From positions 248,001 to 312,000 of the forward strand of contig JAKIMF020000013.1 in assembly GCA_022605425.2 (NCBI GenBank): DNA of 64,000 nucleotides. The letters are read 5' to 3'. Below the pieces are notes generated by a model. That model saw only the letters and a program-made list of their open reading frames with translations, made no database searches and was not told the origin of the DNA. Both the position numbers and the translations under genes were made by a program. This DNA is from Hamiltosporidium tvaerminnensis FI-OER-3-3. Lineage: Eukaryota > Fungi > Microsporidia. Below, in pieces: positions 10,095 through 21,600 of this stretch (position 1 is its first letter; each line of letters begins with the position of its first letter).

Positions 10095-11840
10095 GATGAT
10101 CTTAATTCCTTGCAAAAGACAGTTCCACACTGAATGCAATGACAGACGAGGCAAAGGAATTTTTAGAGGTGATTGGCTTAGAGATTAAAAAAGAGAAATC
10201 AGCCAAAAATGATGCGTGTTGTGAAGATACTGCTACTCTTCTAAAGGTGTTAGTGTTTACAAATATTTAGGAATAATAGAAAATAGCAGAGGAATCCCAA
10301 CACGTAGCTCATTTGAAGAAGTACAGAGCAAACTTATATCAAGAGGAGCAAGACTTTGTCACACAAGATTAAATGCAAAAAATTTATTTTCTGCTATTAA
10401 TCAACATGCGATATCGTTAATCAACTATCACATAGGAGTACTTCGACTTTAACCGGCGTACTTCTCTAAGTTAGATGATGCAGTGCGTGCGGTGTTAGTG
10501 TAGAATAAGATACATCTCCGCCCAGGATGTAAAGAGCGTTTGTATCTTCCTAGAACAGAACTTGGAAGAGGCCTACATAGTGTTGAGTTGCGAAGCGAAC
10601 ATATGCTTCTGCAAATCTTGGATTGTCTGGAAAAATGTAAAGAAATATCAACTAGACGAGCAGCAATCCTCAAGATGGAGAATAATAATAAAACCCAACT
10701 TGCACTAATAAAAGGCTTCTTGAATGTAAAGTACAGGTTGGTAGAAGAAGTCACTAAGAAAAGTTTAGAAGAAGCCCAACTTGCAAAAATATTAAAAGAA
10801 ATAGAAAAACGAAAACTCCATTCAAAGTTATATAATGCAAGAAAAAATGAGCTTGTGAGTTTTAGTGACTTTTCTAGATGGCTAAAGAAAGGGAATATTA
10901 AGACGCAATCAAGCAGTGTTCTGCTATATCCGGGATAGAAATGTATTCTGGGAAGCAGATAGTGTGTGTCAACATTGCAAGAAGTCTGGCAAGACTGTAG
11001 ATCATCTAGCAACTCGATGTTAAAAAATGCCAGGCCATGATTACATTAGACGGCATAATGAAATGGTTAGATGCTTACACTTACTCTTCTTAAATAGATA
11101 TAAGTTTAAGCTCTCAAAACGAATTAGGAGTCACTCGGTTCAAGAAATTCTTGATAATGAGTATGCGGAGATAAGAGTGGACACCAGAATAAAAACTGAT
11201 GTTAAAATTCGGAATAACAGACCCGACATATTTATTTTAGATAAGAAAAAGAATAAGATAACACTCATTGAAATAGGAATCACTTCCCAAGATTCATTTC
11301 AAATAGTTGAAACTGAAAAACTTAGGAAGTATGACCTGCTAGCCAATGAGTTGGGTCTTATTTATAAGTGTAGTGTTGAGATAATTCCTTATGTGATGAC
11401 CTGGGACGGTATTGTGACAAAATACTATAAATCTCATCTTAAAAGACTAGAAATACCCATGAATGTAGAAGCATACATTCAGTCTATAGTACTTAAGAAA
11501 ACAGTCGAAAAAATTTCCTTTGATCGACGAAGAGGACTTGACTCAGGACTAAAATCCGAAGGGAGCTGAGAGAGAGGGTCAATAGGTGTTATTATGAGAG
11601 CAGAGATGCATGAGGAACCAACACCCCCTTTAAAAGAAGAGAAGAGAGAGGAAGATGGTGCAAAAAATTTTAAACCAAAAAATAAAGCACCTTTTATTTC
11701 ACAAGGAGAACCACTTTAGAGGAACCGACCAATAACATAAATGAAGACTCTGATTTGGAAGAAGAAACAATTGTGGTAAAAGAGGTAGAAGAAAATGCAT
11801 TAAAACCGTAAAACTACTTTACCCAGAATTTTATTAAATA
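10095..11840 (+). mobile_element. 5'-truncated, disrupted RLE-type non-LTR retrotransposon (R4/Dong-like)
   Basis: Fragments: DDL (RT motif), YKYLGI, AINQHA, RLYLPRTELGRGL, Cys/His knuckle, RRHN, RPDIFILD...LIEIGIT (PD-(D/E)xK endonuclease); stops and frameshifts; ends acccagaattttattaaata. Confidence 0.9.
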
Positions 11841-11954
11841 TATTTTTATTAAGATTTGTATTTTATAGAGATTTGCATTTTTATCGCGATTTTGTATTTT
11901 TGTAGATATAATATATATTTTATTAAGTTTGTATTTTTATAACTTTTTTTAAAC

Positions 11955-12680
11955 TTTATTTAAAAGTATCACATCTTTTTAAAATAGTGGCAAGTGTTAT
12001 ATTTGTTTTCATGACATTAACGCTGTTCTAGGTTTAACATAAATAACTGCTACCCCAAAACTCCATCAGTACCCCCTAAGATACCTACATCCTAAAGTCT
12101 TTCATCTACCAGGTGTGTAGAACCTAATTAATAGGCGAGGTAGTTGCCCGGAGTTCGTTAATGTCCATTGCATGGAGTGTTTGAAGGCCGAAACCCCCCC
12201 CTGGGATCCCCCAAGACTATGCAGCATTCCCACTTACTCTACACTTTCTGAACCCAATAAACTTCTAGCTAAGATATATTTCAGAGACTAACATGGGGTC
12301 CACCTAGACAGTGCAATATCATACCAACAGGTATAACCCGCTACTTAGCTCTCCCGGCTTTAAATGGTTTTTATTTTTATATCTCTCAGGCGCTAAGTCT
12401 TCTAACCTGAGTGAGCAAGGCTAGGTTTCCATGCTTTTACATGGCAATTACCTAAATGTTCAGCTGCGGTCTGCAATCTGGTTACATAAAAAACTACAAA
12501 TAACTTTGTAGAAAAAGTTTCTCCGTTTCTTAGACCTCTCCTCCTCATAATAAATCCCATGGAACAACCAAAGATGTAGTGTGGTTGTATTCCCACCAAA
12601 AATCCAAACAATGACCTCACACCAGTTTCACACACTCATTGCCAAGCAGAAAGTTTTTTATGTGGTTATCCTCCCTCCAC
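11955..12680 (-). mobile_element. ~725-bp dispersed structured element, copy A
   Basis: High identity to 30061-30779 (inverted) and 32838-33554; GC content well above background. Strand assigned from G-U-compatible stems and tetraloops. Confidence 0.9.
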
Positions 12681-13302
12681 CATTGTATTCTTATAAAGAT
12701 AATATATATTTTTATTAAAATTTGTATTCTTATTAAGATTTATCTGTTTTAACTTCTTTTTAGAAATAAAATATATGTTTAGTGTCGAAGTGATAAAATA
12801 TTTGGTAAAAAGAGTGAAAACTGAAATATTAAATAGAATATATATTTTAAGGGATAGTTTGTAATGGAATGTATTATAAAATATATTTTAATAAATTATA
12901 CTCCATAGAATGCATATTAAAATATATTAGAAGATAGTATTGCAATAGATAAATATTTTAATAAGTTATTCCAGTCTTCTTGTACCACATCGTGTTGAGG
13001 ATTCAAATATATTATAATATATTTTATTCGAATAGAATGTATTATAAAATATATTTTAGTAGATATATTTTAATGGATGATATTATAAATTAAAAATATA
13101 TTTATTTTTAAAGATTGAACTCTTCAGACAAAGTTTTCATCACTTTCAGTGAGATTCCCATTAGAATGTCATCATAAGAGTTGTTAAAAAACAAGGGTGT
13201 CTTTTAACGGTTTTTTATCGTAAAAAGAAGGAGAAATTTATATTTTTAAAGAAATAAATAATGTAGTTTAAATAAAATGAAACGTTTTAATTTATAACTT
13301 CT

Positions 13303-13496
13303 ATGGTTTGTTAACTATTCCAAGTTTACTTTAAAGATTAAGACTTTAAATTTTAAAATATTTATGGTTTGTTAACTATTCCAAGTTTAATTTAAAGATT
13401 AAGATCATTCATTTTAAAATATATTTGGTTTGTGAAGAATATTATTATTGAAATTTAAAAATTAAGATCATTTATTTTACTATAAATATGGTTTTA
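13303..13496. repeat. Tandem repeat, ~61-bp unit x3
   Basis: atggtttgttaactattccaagttta at 13303 and 13364; degenerate third copy. Confidence 0.85.
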
Positions 13497-13802
13497 TAGT
13501 CATACTTAGAATGTTTATTTAATTTAAATTCCAATAAAATTTATGTTTTTCTGTTTATTTTATATAAAAAATATATTTCTGTAAAAGTTAATAGCCTTTT
13601 ATTTCAAATGTATTTTTATAGATTCAAAGGTGTATATGTGTATCTATTAAAGTGATTAAACATATGCATATAAGTATATTTTAAATACTGTGTCTAAATT
13701 GTAAATATGTTGATAAGTTAATCTTTATGTATTTTTTAGCGGATAAATAAAAATTAAATATAAAACAAATGTAAGAATTGAAGATATATTAAAAACAAAA
13801 CA

Positions 13803-13920
13803 ATATATTAGTTTATATTGGATTATATTAGTTTATATTGGATTATATTAGTTTATATTGGATTATATTAGTTTATATTAGTTTGTATTATGTTATATTA
13901 GTTTATATTAGATTATATCG
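13803..13920. repeat. 10/20-bp minisatellite (gattatattagtttatattg)n
   Basis: Directly visible. Confidence 0.9.
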
Positions 13921-14263
13921 GTTTTTATTATTTATTTGGTTTATTTATTTAAATTGATTTTAGTTTTAAAATTTTTAACAAATATTCATAGGTTTTTGTA
14001 AAAATAGGTGTAAGATCAGGAATAGAATATATTTCTTCTTTAAAGAGTTTGGAAAATTTTTTTTTTGAATATACCGAATATGTAAAAATTAAATTTACTT
14101 TTTTTTTAGAAAAAAAGTTCCAAAAAAAGAAAAATTAAAAAAAAAAAAATATTTTTTGGTTGATAATAATTGAGAAAAAAAGGTAAATATATTTTTTTTG
14201 GAATGCAAAAAATATAGGAAGCTAAAGATTGTAAATTTATTAGTTGATCAACGTTTTATATGT

Positions 14264-14442
14264 AAAAGTTAAAGTTTATTCAAGAATCAATGCTTATACA
14301 TCTGAGATAGATTATTATTTATTTCGAATTAGAAATTTGTATGTACGACGTAAAGTTTATTAAAGAATCAATGCTTATACATCTGTGATAGATTATTATT
14401 TATTTCGAATTAGAAATTTGTGTGTAAAATGTAGAGTTTATT
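14264..14442. repeat. Tandem duplication, ~81-bp unit, 3' of PSD gene
   Basis: gaatcaatgcttatacatctg at 14284 and 14365. Confidence 0.9.
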
Positions 14443-14457
14443 AATAAAATTTAATTA

Positions 14458-16278
14458 TTATTCTTTGTATTTGCCGATACAATTTCCGACTTTTACAACC
14501 GTTTCGATTCCTATATATGTATTGTTTAAAACATTTTTATGAAAAAGTACTGGTCTGCTGAAGAGTAAACAGACGGTAGATCCACCGAATTTGAAATATC
14601 CCAATTCGTCTAAATGTCTTACTTTTTGTCCTATTTCTACAGATAGTGTTATTGAACCTACCAGTGTTGCACCAACAGCAACACAGTATACATATCCGCG
14701 TTTCTTTGTTTTTATTACAATTACTACTCTGAGGTTTTCGGTGAGAGCATCACATCTTTTTACTGATTCAGGATGAACAGTTAAATATTGACCGCAGTTA
14801 TAAGATATATCTTCAATTCTTCCATCACATGGGCTATGAAACCTATGATAATCTTGAGGAGCAAGTCGGCAAACGAGCATGCTTTCTATTTTGACTTTTC
14901 TTTTGTTCAAAAAAGTTTCAACTGAAAATTTCTTTCCTTTAATCCAAAAATGGCCTACATCTTTGATATATTTGAATGCTACTATTCTTGAATCAGCAGG
15001 TGAGCTTATCCCATCCATGTCTTCAATCCACCTTGCGTTTGATTTAAGTTCCCTAGAAAAAAATTCGTTAAAATTTTTAAATTTTCGAATATCTAATTTA
15101 ATTTCATTAAGATTTATATCGTAGAATTTAACGAATTTGATAATTAAAGATCTACTTTTTTCGGAATCGAAACGTTTTGCACTTAATAATGTCATTCTTT
15201 TCAAGAAATATCGATAAATTGCCATATTAGATAATCTTTCAGAAAAGAAAAACATAAAATATAATTTTAGTGTTTTTGGAACTTTTTCTTGATGTATTTC
15301 CTCGGTTTTGAGATCTTTTACAAAAATATCACCTTTTTTGCTCCAAAATAATCCATTTATAGATATAAAGTTCAATAATTTACCGAAAAATCCTTTTGGT
15401 TTTTTATACCGGGCTAATAATAATTTGGTATACTCGACCGGTGTTAAAATTTCATTTTTAAAAATACCATTGAATTCCATTTCAGAATCTAAATATATTT
15501 TAAAATTTATATCTGATACCTGGAATTCTGTAAGAACGGTTATTCCTAGAAACTCAAAAATACGTGTTTTAGTGAAATATCCTTTTCTGAATATTTTATA
15601 GTGTATTTCCTGATAAAGACTTTTCTTAATTATAAACGGTATTTTTGCATCATTGGCCAAATTAAATTCCAATTTTTCATTTCTTGTTTCGATTCGTATA
15701 ATTTTGTCTTTAATTGGTTGAGTTGAAGATACTTCTATGAAATAAAGAGCTATTCTGTTTATAATGCGTGATCTATCGTTTTTATTGGCTAAATCTATCG
15801 ATTTAGAAATACTATCAATATTCTCTGTAGGATTTTCCCCGAGGATATTTTCAAGTGGTTTAAATCCTTTGATATCAATAGGTGGTTCTTTCTTATTTTT
15901 TGTTTCTAAAACAAGTTGTTTTGCTTCTGCTTCGTATTTTGAATCAGCGATTCTATTTTTTAATTGATCGCGTGGTAAAAATATGTCGGACATATTTATA
16001 GGCTGCTCTTTCTTTTTACGCACAGTTTTATTTGGATTATTACATTTTTCAGGATTATTTTTATTTTCTTCAATGATTTTTTTTCTACTTTTGGCCTTTT
16101 TTAAATTTTCTAATTTTCTTTTTACAGCTTCATCAAAATCTGCTACATCCTTGTATACTTCCTCCTTATCAGATGATAATGAATCCTCACTATTAGATCT
16201 ACATTCATAAAATATTGTACTTGTCGATGACTCTTCACATTCTTCAGAATTATCTGTCACATTGAATCTAAATGCCAT
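14458..16278 (-). CDS. PSD2: Phosphatidylserine decarboxylase proenzyme (Psd2 type)
   Basis: FKNFNEFFSR, SPADSR, RLAPQDYHRFHSP, AVGATLVGSI and GYFKFGGSTV (GGST self-cleavage motif); ccc motif upstream of ATG. Confidence 0.93.
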   Translation of the reverse strand: MAFRFNVTDNSEECEESSTSTIFYECRSNSEDSLSSDKEEVYKDVADFDEAVKRKLENLKKAKSRKKIIEENKNNPEKCNNPNKTVRKKKEQPINMSDIFLPRDQLKNRIADSKYEAEAKQLVLETKNKKEPPIDIKGFKPLENILGENPTENIDSISKSIDLANKNDRSRIINRIALYFIEVSSTQPIKDKIIRIETRNEKLEFNLANDAKIPFIIKKSLYQEIHYKIFRKGYFTKTRIFEFLGITVLTEFQVSDINFKIYLDSEMEFNGIFKNEILTPVEYTKLLLARYKKPKGFFGKLLNFISINGLFWSKKGDIFVKDLKTEEIHQEKVPKTLKLYFMFFFSERLSNMAIYRYFLKRMTLLSAKRFDSEKSRSLIIKFVKFYDINLNEIKLDIRKFKNFNEFFSRELKSNARWIEDMDGISSPADSRIVAFKYIKDVGHFWIKGKKFSVETFLNKRKVKIESMLVCRLAPQDYHRFHSPCDGRIEDISYNCGQYLTVHPESVKRCDALTENLRVVIVIKTKKRGYVYCVAVGATLVGSITLSVEIGQKVRHLDELGYFKFGGSTVCLLFSRPVLFHKNVLNNTYIGIETVVKVGNCIGKYKE

Positions 16279-17894
16279 TTCTTTTTATTTACTGGGATAA
16301 TACATAAATAAATTTGAATCTAAAACAAATGTTTTCTAAAAAAATACAAAAAACAATTTATGCAAATTAAATAACAATATTAGATAGCGCGTGATATAGC
16401 GTCATTTGTTTAAATCATCAGAAAATATTTATTAAACCTTTTTTGTCATGAAAAGAATCAATTTAATGATAATTTTATCTTAAAAACCAGTTATATAGTA
16501 TTTTTTTTAAAAATCTGAAAAAAAATGTTTCGAATTTGAAACAAAAAACAAAGTATAATTTCTTAAAATTACTTGATTTAATTCAAAACTTCAAATTTTT
16601 CAAAATTCTTTCCATAATTTTATCTAAAATAATCATTTATATTCGTTGAATATAATAAAAATCAAAGAACCGTTTCCAAAATAATTTAACACAATATAGT
16701 GTTTTTATATTTGTAGGATAATGTTACTTGTAATAATATAATACTGAAATTACAATGTCAATTTGAATTATGTTAAAACAAAAAATAATTTTACTCTAAG
16801 TTTATTTCAAGTAATTTATAATCATAAAGAATATATTTGAAAAGCAAATATAATTTAGCTTAAATTATTCTAATAAATTTTAAATTTTAATATTTTACAA
16901 AGGGCAATTTAAATAAAATATAATATATTTGAATTATCAACTTTTTTTAATACAATTTATGTTAAATTATATGTGATAATTGTAGAACATAAAATTTTTT
17001 TAAATGTTCTAGAACTTTATTCCCATTTAAGAGATATATAAAAGCAATTTAAATAAAAAAATATATCATTCAAAACATATACCTTATTATATCTTCAGTT
17101 TAAAATTTCACAAACTTCTGATTCAAATTATAATTATAATAAATTATATATGGATTATAATTTAATCTAGATTAACGAATAATTCTTTACATGTAAAGAT
17201 TAAAGTTTTAATAAAAAAATATAAATATTGCATATGATTAGTAGTTTAAACAGAAATTTAGATAAGATTTTATCTAATATTCAAACATGATTTATTTGTT
17301 TGATTTTAATTACTTGTAAATTAACAATAATTTATTCTTATTTTGAGCTTTAGTCATGTAATAATTCTTTGTAATTTTGTATATTTATCAGACACACTAT
17401 TTTAATAACATTCGATATAAATTTATAAGTTTACTCCCAAAAAATTGAAGTCTAAAATAAATGAAAATATTTGTTTTTTATATACTTTAAAATATAATGA
17501 GAACTGATTGTCAATTAAGTATAAGTATTCGTTTGTAAATTTAAAATCTTAATAATGACTTATAAAATCTAAAAATGTAGAAATTTTCATTTTTTTTAGG
17601 AATGATTTATAAAAATTATCAAATAATCTTTTTAAGAAAATAAACTACAACAAAATAAATTTACACTTTTTTTGATGACTGAATAATATTATATTCTATT
17701 TGTTTACAATTATTTATATTAAAATTTCTTACCACTGAGAATTTTTCAGAAAAAGAATCACAAATCAAAAGAGAAATTTACGCTTTTTTATATTAAAGCT
17801 GATATTTATTCGGAAGACAGATCAATTAAAAATTTTTATCCCAGACTTCTGAAATTGTATATAGCAACCTTATTTAAAAATTATGTATCATTGC

Positions 17895-18290
17895 TCAGAC
17901 CGCATAATGAAGTGGTTAGAGGTATACACTCATTTATTTCAAATAGATACATATCGAAGTCTACAAAATGAATTAGGAGGCAAACGGTTCAAGAAATACT
18001 TTAAAATAAATATTCGAAAAGAGAAATAGTCATCAATGTTGAAACAGTTGTCAAAATTAATAACAAATGACCCGATATACTTATTTTGAATAAAAAATTT
18101 AATAGAATAACGGACATTAAAGTAGACATTATATTATAAATATTCGTTTCATATCGTATTATACGTGGGATTTCTGATTATTAGTTGCTGAAAAATTAGA
18201 AATTATTCATTAAATATACAACTAAAAATATTCCTTATTTGATATTATGAAATAATATTTTTAACTGTATCACATGATATACTTCATACA
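17895..18290 (+). mobile_element. Old degenerate fragment of the RLE retrotransposon (endonuclease region)
   Basis: cgcataatgaagtggttaga, gaattaggag, cggttcaagaaat and gacccgatatacttatttt match 11050-11240. Confidence 0.75.
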
Positions 18291-18858
18291 GCGCATTATA
18301 AACCAGAAAAACTTCGCAATTATAATAAAATGCTTTAATATCATACTATAAACCATCCCTTTCAATTCTAACGAAAATTAAAATCTTTACAAAATATTTA
18401 TATGAGTTCAAGTTCAAATTAAACATATAATATCATAAAAAATTACAAATATTGAAATAGTTCACTATATAAAAAGAAAATTCGATACAACTAATAATTA
18501 TTTTAAACCAAGGAATATTATGACATATAATTATATTACCTGTGAAATAACATCATATGCTCGCGGTTCAAAAACAAATAGAAAATTTTATTCAGCTTTT
18601 TATTAAATAAATAAGATATTTTTATAAAAATCAAAAAAAAAAAACAAAATTGTGCCGTTTTAAATAAAACTTTAATTAATGATTCTCAAATTAAATTTAT
18701 TTTGGTAGAATTTTATTCATTAAAATAGATTTCAAATATATTTTGTTAATAAATTTATATTAAAACTGCAATATCTTCATTCTTTTAAAAATAAATATTT
18801 TTTAAATTATTATGCGATATCAGATCATCATATATTTTAGAAAGTTTGATTTGAAATA

Positions 18859-19787
18859 TTATTTAATAAATTTCTGGGTTAACAAATTTTTTTCTTTCCA
18901 AATAATTCTTTCCATTATTTCAACCACTTCTATCTCTTCCTCCACCTCCAACTCTTTATTTGTATTAGTTGTTGGTTCCTTTGCTGTGGTTATTCCATCC
19001 AAAATAAGGGATAAAATATTTTTTGTATTTTCCGTTTTGACACCATTATCCTCGTTGTCTACTTGCTTTAAAGGGAGTGTTGGTTGTTTATGAATCTCAG
19101 CACTTAAAATAACACTTAATGATGCTCTCTCCCAGCTCTCCTCGGCATTTGGACCAGACTCAAGTCCTCTTCGTCGATCAAAAGAAATTGTTTCGACTGT
19201 CTTCTTGAGTACTATGGATTGTATATATGCCTCTACATTCATGGGTATTTGCAGTCTCTTAACATACGTCTTATGGTATTTTGTCACAATACCGTCCCAG
19301 GTCATCACATAAGGAATTATCTTTACACTCCATTTATAAATAAGACATAAACCATTCTAATAGGTCATAATTCCTAAGCTTCACTGTTTCAACTATTTGA
19401 AGAGAGTCTTGGGAAGTGATTCCTACTTCAATGAGTGTTATCTTATTCTGTCTCTTGACTAAAATAAATATATCTGGTCGGTTACACCGAATCTTGACAT
19501 CAGTTTTTATTCTGGTGTCCACTCTTATCTCTGCATATTCGTTATCAAGAATTTCTTAAACTGTGTGGCCTCTAATTCGTTTCGAAGACTTTAACTTATA
19601 TTTATTTAGCAAGAGTAAATGTATACATCGATCCACTTCATTATGTCGTCTAGTATAGTCATGGCCAAGCATTTTTTCACATCTCGTTACTAAGTGATCT
19701 ACCTTTTTCCTAGACTGGTTGCAGTGTTGGGACATACCTTCTGCACCCCAGAATACATTTCTATCTTGGATATAACATAACACTGCT
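18859..19787 (-). mobile_element. 5'-truncated RLE retrotransposon, second subfamily
   Basis: ORF pieces CYIQDRNVFW..HC..DHLVTRC..HDYTRRHNEV, RPDIFIL..LIEVGIT and MTWDGIVTKYH; same 3' end acccagaaatttattaaata. Confidence 0.9.
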
Positions 19788-20610
19788 TTAATTGTAAATA
19801 TTATATTTAAAGTATAGTATTATTCATTTAAATTTTGTTTTAATATAATGAAAAAAGACTGCTAACAATTAGTTTTTATAGATTTTCAATATTCTTAGAT
19901 AAAAATTTCGAATTATGAAAGCTTTTATAATTTATCCTAGTTTATATTATTTCATATATAAAATTAATGTAAAAACCAAATAATATGTTTCATATTTCGT
20001 TTCGATTTTGAAATTATTTATATTCATTATGAAAATCAACGAAATTAAATTTCACTTGCATAATCTTACGTCCTAGATAAATCTGACGGTTTTTGAATGA
20101 CACTGTCACAATGATAAAGTAAGGTGTTTTTTATAAATAGAAAAATTTACGGAATCTAATAATACATTTTTGAATCACTATTTTTAGATGAAAAAAAAAT
20201 ATAATCGGAAGATTTTTACGAGGCCTTATAACTTAGAAAAATATGGTCGAATTAAAATCTTCATTAATTTCTATAAATAAGAGCATTGACAAAGTCTAAT
20301 TAAAATGTCAGCTTTTGTTTTTATTTTTAATTATTTAAATTTTTTTTAAATTTAGAAATAAAAATATTTTGAAGAATTCATTGATTTAATATTATTATAA
20401 TATCACTTAGACATAACCTTACAAACCAATGAGGAAAAAATATACGTTTAGAGGTTAATTTTTAATAATATAGAATCTAAAAACGATTTCGATTATATTT
20501 TAACAAATTCAAAGCAAAGATATGAACAAGGGAGTTACAGAAATGATTATTTTTAAAAATTATTGATTAAAGGCAAACAGAGAACAATTTTTAGAGAAAA
20601 ATATTTTATT

Positions 20611-21600
20611 TTAAATGGGTTTTTCATCGTCTTGAGTTTCAAAAGTTTCTTCGGTATTTTTATTCTCAATTATTTGTGTATCGAAAAATTCGGAATCTTT
20701 AGTAAGTGAATCTTTATCAAGACTACCTATAATACTTGTCATCATTTCTGTGTCTGTATCTGTCGTTTTATCAGACTTTTTACGTTGTTTGTACCTGAAA
20801 ATATTGTATCCAAGTGATTTATAACAATCGCAACCCTCGGGAAATATTTTATACAGGTCATTATATATTCTCTTTTTGGCAACGTCTTCAGTTATTCTTT
20901 TTGTTTCATTCAAATAGCTTTCCAAATAAAGTAATTTGAAAGAAAGATCGATAAATATTACGACCATATCATAAAATACACTATTAAAAAGATCTTTTTT
21001 ACACACGGGAAGATCATCGGTATGTTTATGGCATTTAAGTCCTATTAAAGAAGTTATTTCGTTTTTATATCTTTCGAATTCGCATTGTATTTCTTTACTT
21101 TTCAATTTAAGATATTCTTTATCTATCCATTTTTCATTTATATCTTTGTTCAGTTCTTTCATTTCCTGCAAAAAAGTGTTAACATCTACATTTTCAATAA
21201 TTAATTGTAGCAAAAATATCTCTAAAAATTTATTTTCCAATTCAGTAGTTCCCTCCTTAATTTCTTCCATGATTTTACATCGCTTGACAGTACACTCTTC
21301 TTTTATAATATCTTTTCTTTTTTTCCTATCCTTGGTTCCTGCCTTTTTTACTTCATTTTCATATTTTTTAATAACTTTTTGTCTATCAAATGGCATTTTC
21401 CCAGAATATATAAAAAATGAAGACAAATTACATTCCAATTCAACTGCTTCATATTCATTTTCTAGTTGTTCGATAAATGGATCTTCATAATCATAATCAT
21501 CGTTGGGTCTTCGTTTAGGTTTTTTCGTTTCTAATTGTGGTTCCAAATCTACTTCAATAGATTTAAATACATCTATTTTTATATCCAAAGGAAAATTCAT
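20611..21600 (-). CDS. HUN-domain protein (Hpc2/ubinuclein-like subunit of the HIR/HIRA histone chaperone)
   Basis: 329-aa ORF; DDYDYEDPFIE...FFIYSG matches the HUN/HRD signature. Confidence 0.75.
   Translation of the reverse strand: MNFPLDIKIDVFKSIEVDLEPQLETKKPKRRPNDDYDYEDPFIEQLENEYEAVELECNLSSFFIYSGKMPFDRQKVIKKYENEVKKAGTKDRKKRKDIIKEECTVKRCKIMEEIKEGTTELENKFLEIFLLQLIIENVDVNTFLQEMKELNKDINEKWIDKEYLKLKSKEIQCEFERYKNEITSLIGLKCHKHTDDLPVCKKDLFNSVFYDMVVIFIDLSFKLLYLESYLNETKRITEDVAKKRIYNDLYKIFPEGCDCYKSLGYNIFRYKQRKKSDKTTDTDTEMMTSIIGSLDKDSLTKDSEFFDTQIIENKNTEETFETQDDEKPI

Noticed and set aside
12402-12635. 77-aa ORF repeated at 33276-33509
   Set aside because: Lies in the 725-bp repeat, has a non-ATG start, is disrupted in copy B and older copies, and its differences are largely non-synonymous.
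12005-12680. Long frame with recurrent TAG/TAA (plus) or TGA (minus) suggesting an alternative genetic code
   Set aside because: Substitutions between copies are spread evenly over codon positions, indels break the frame, and genuine genes here use standard stops.
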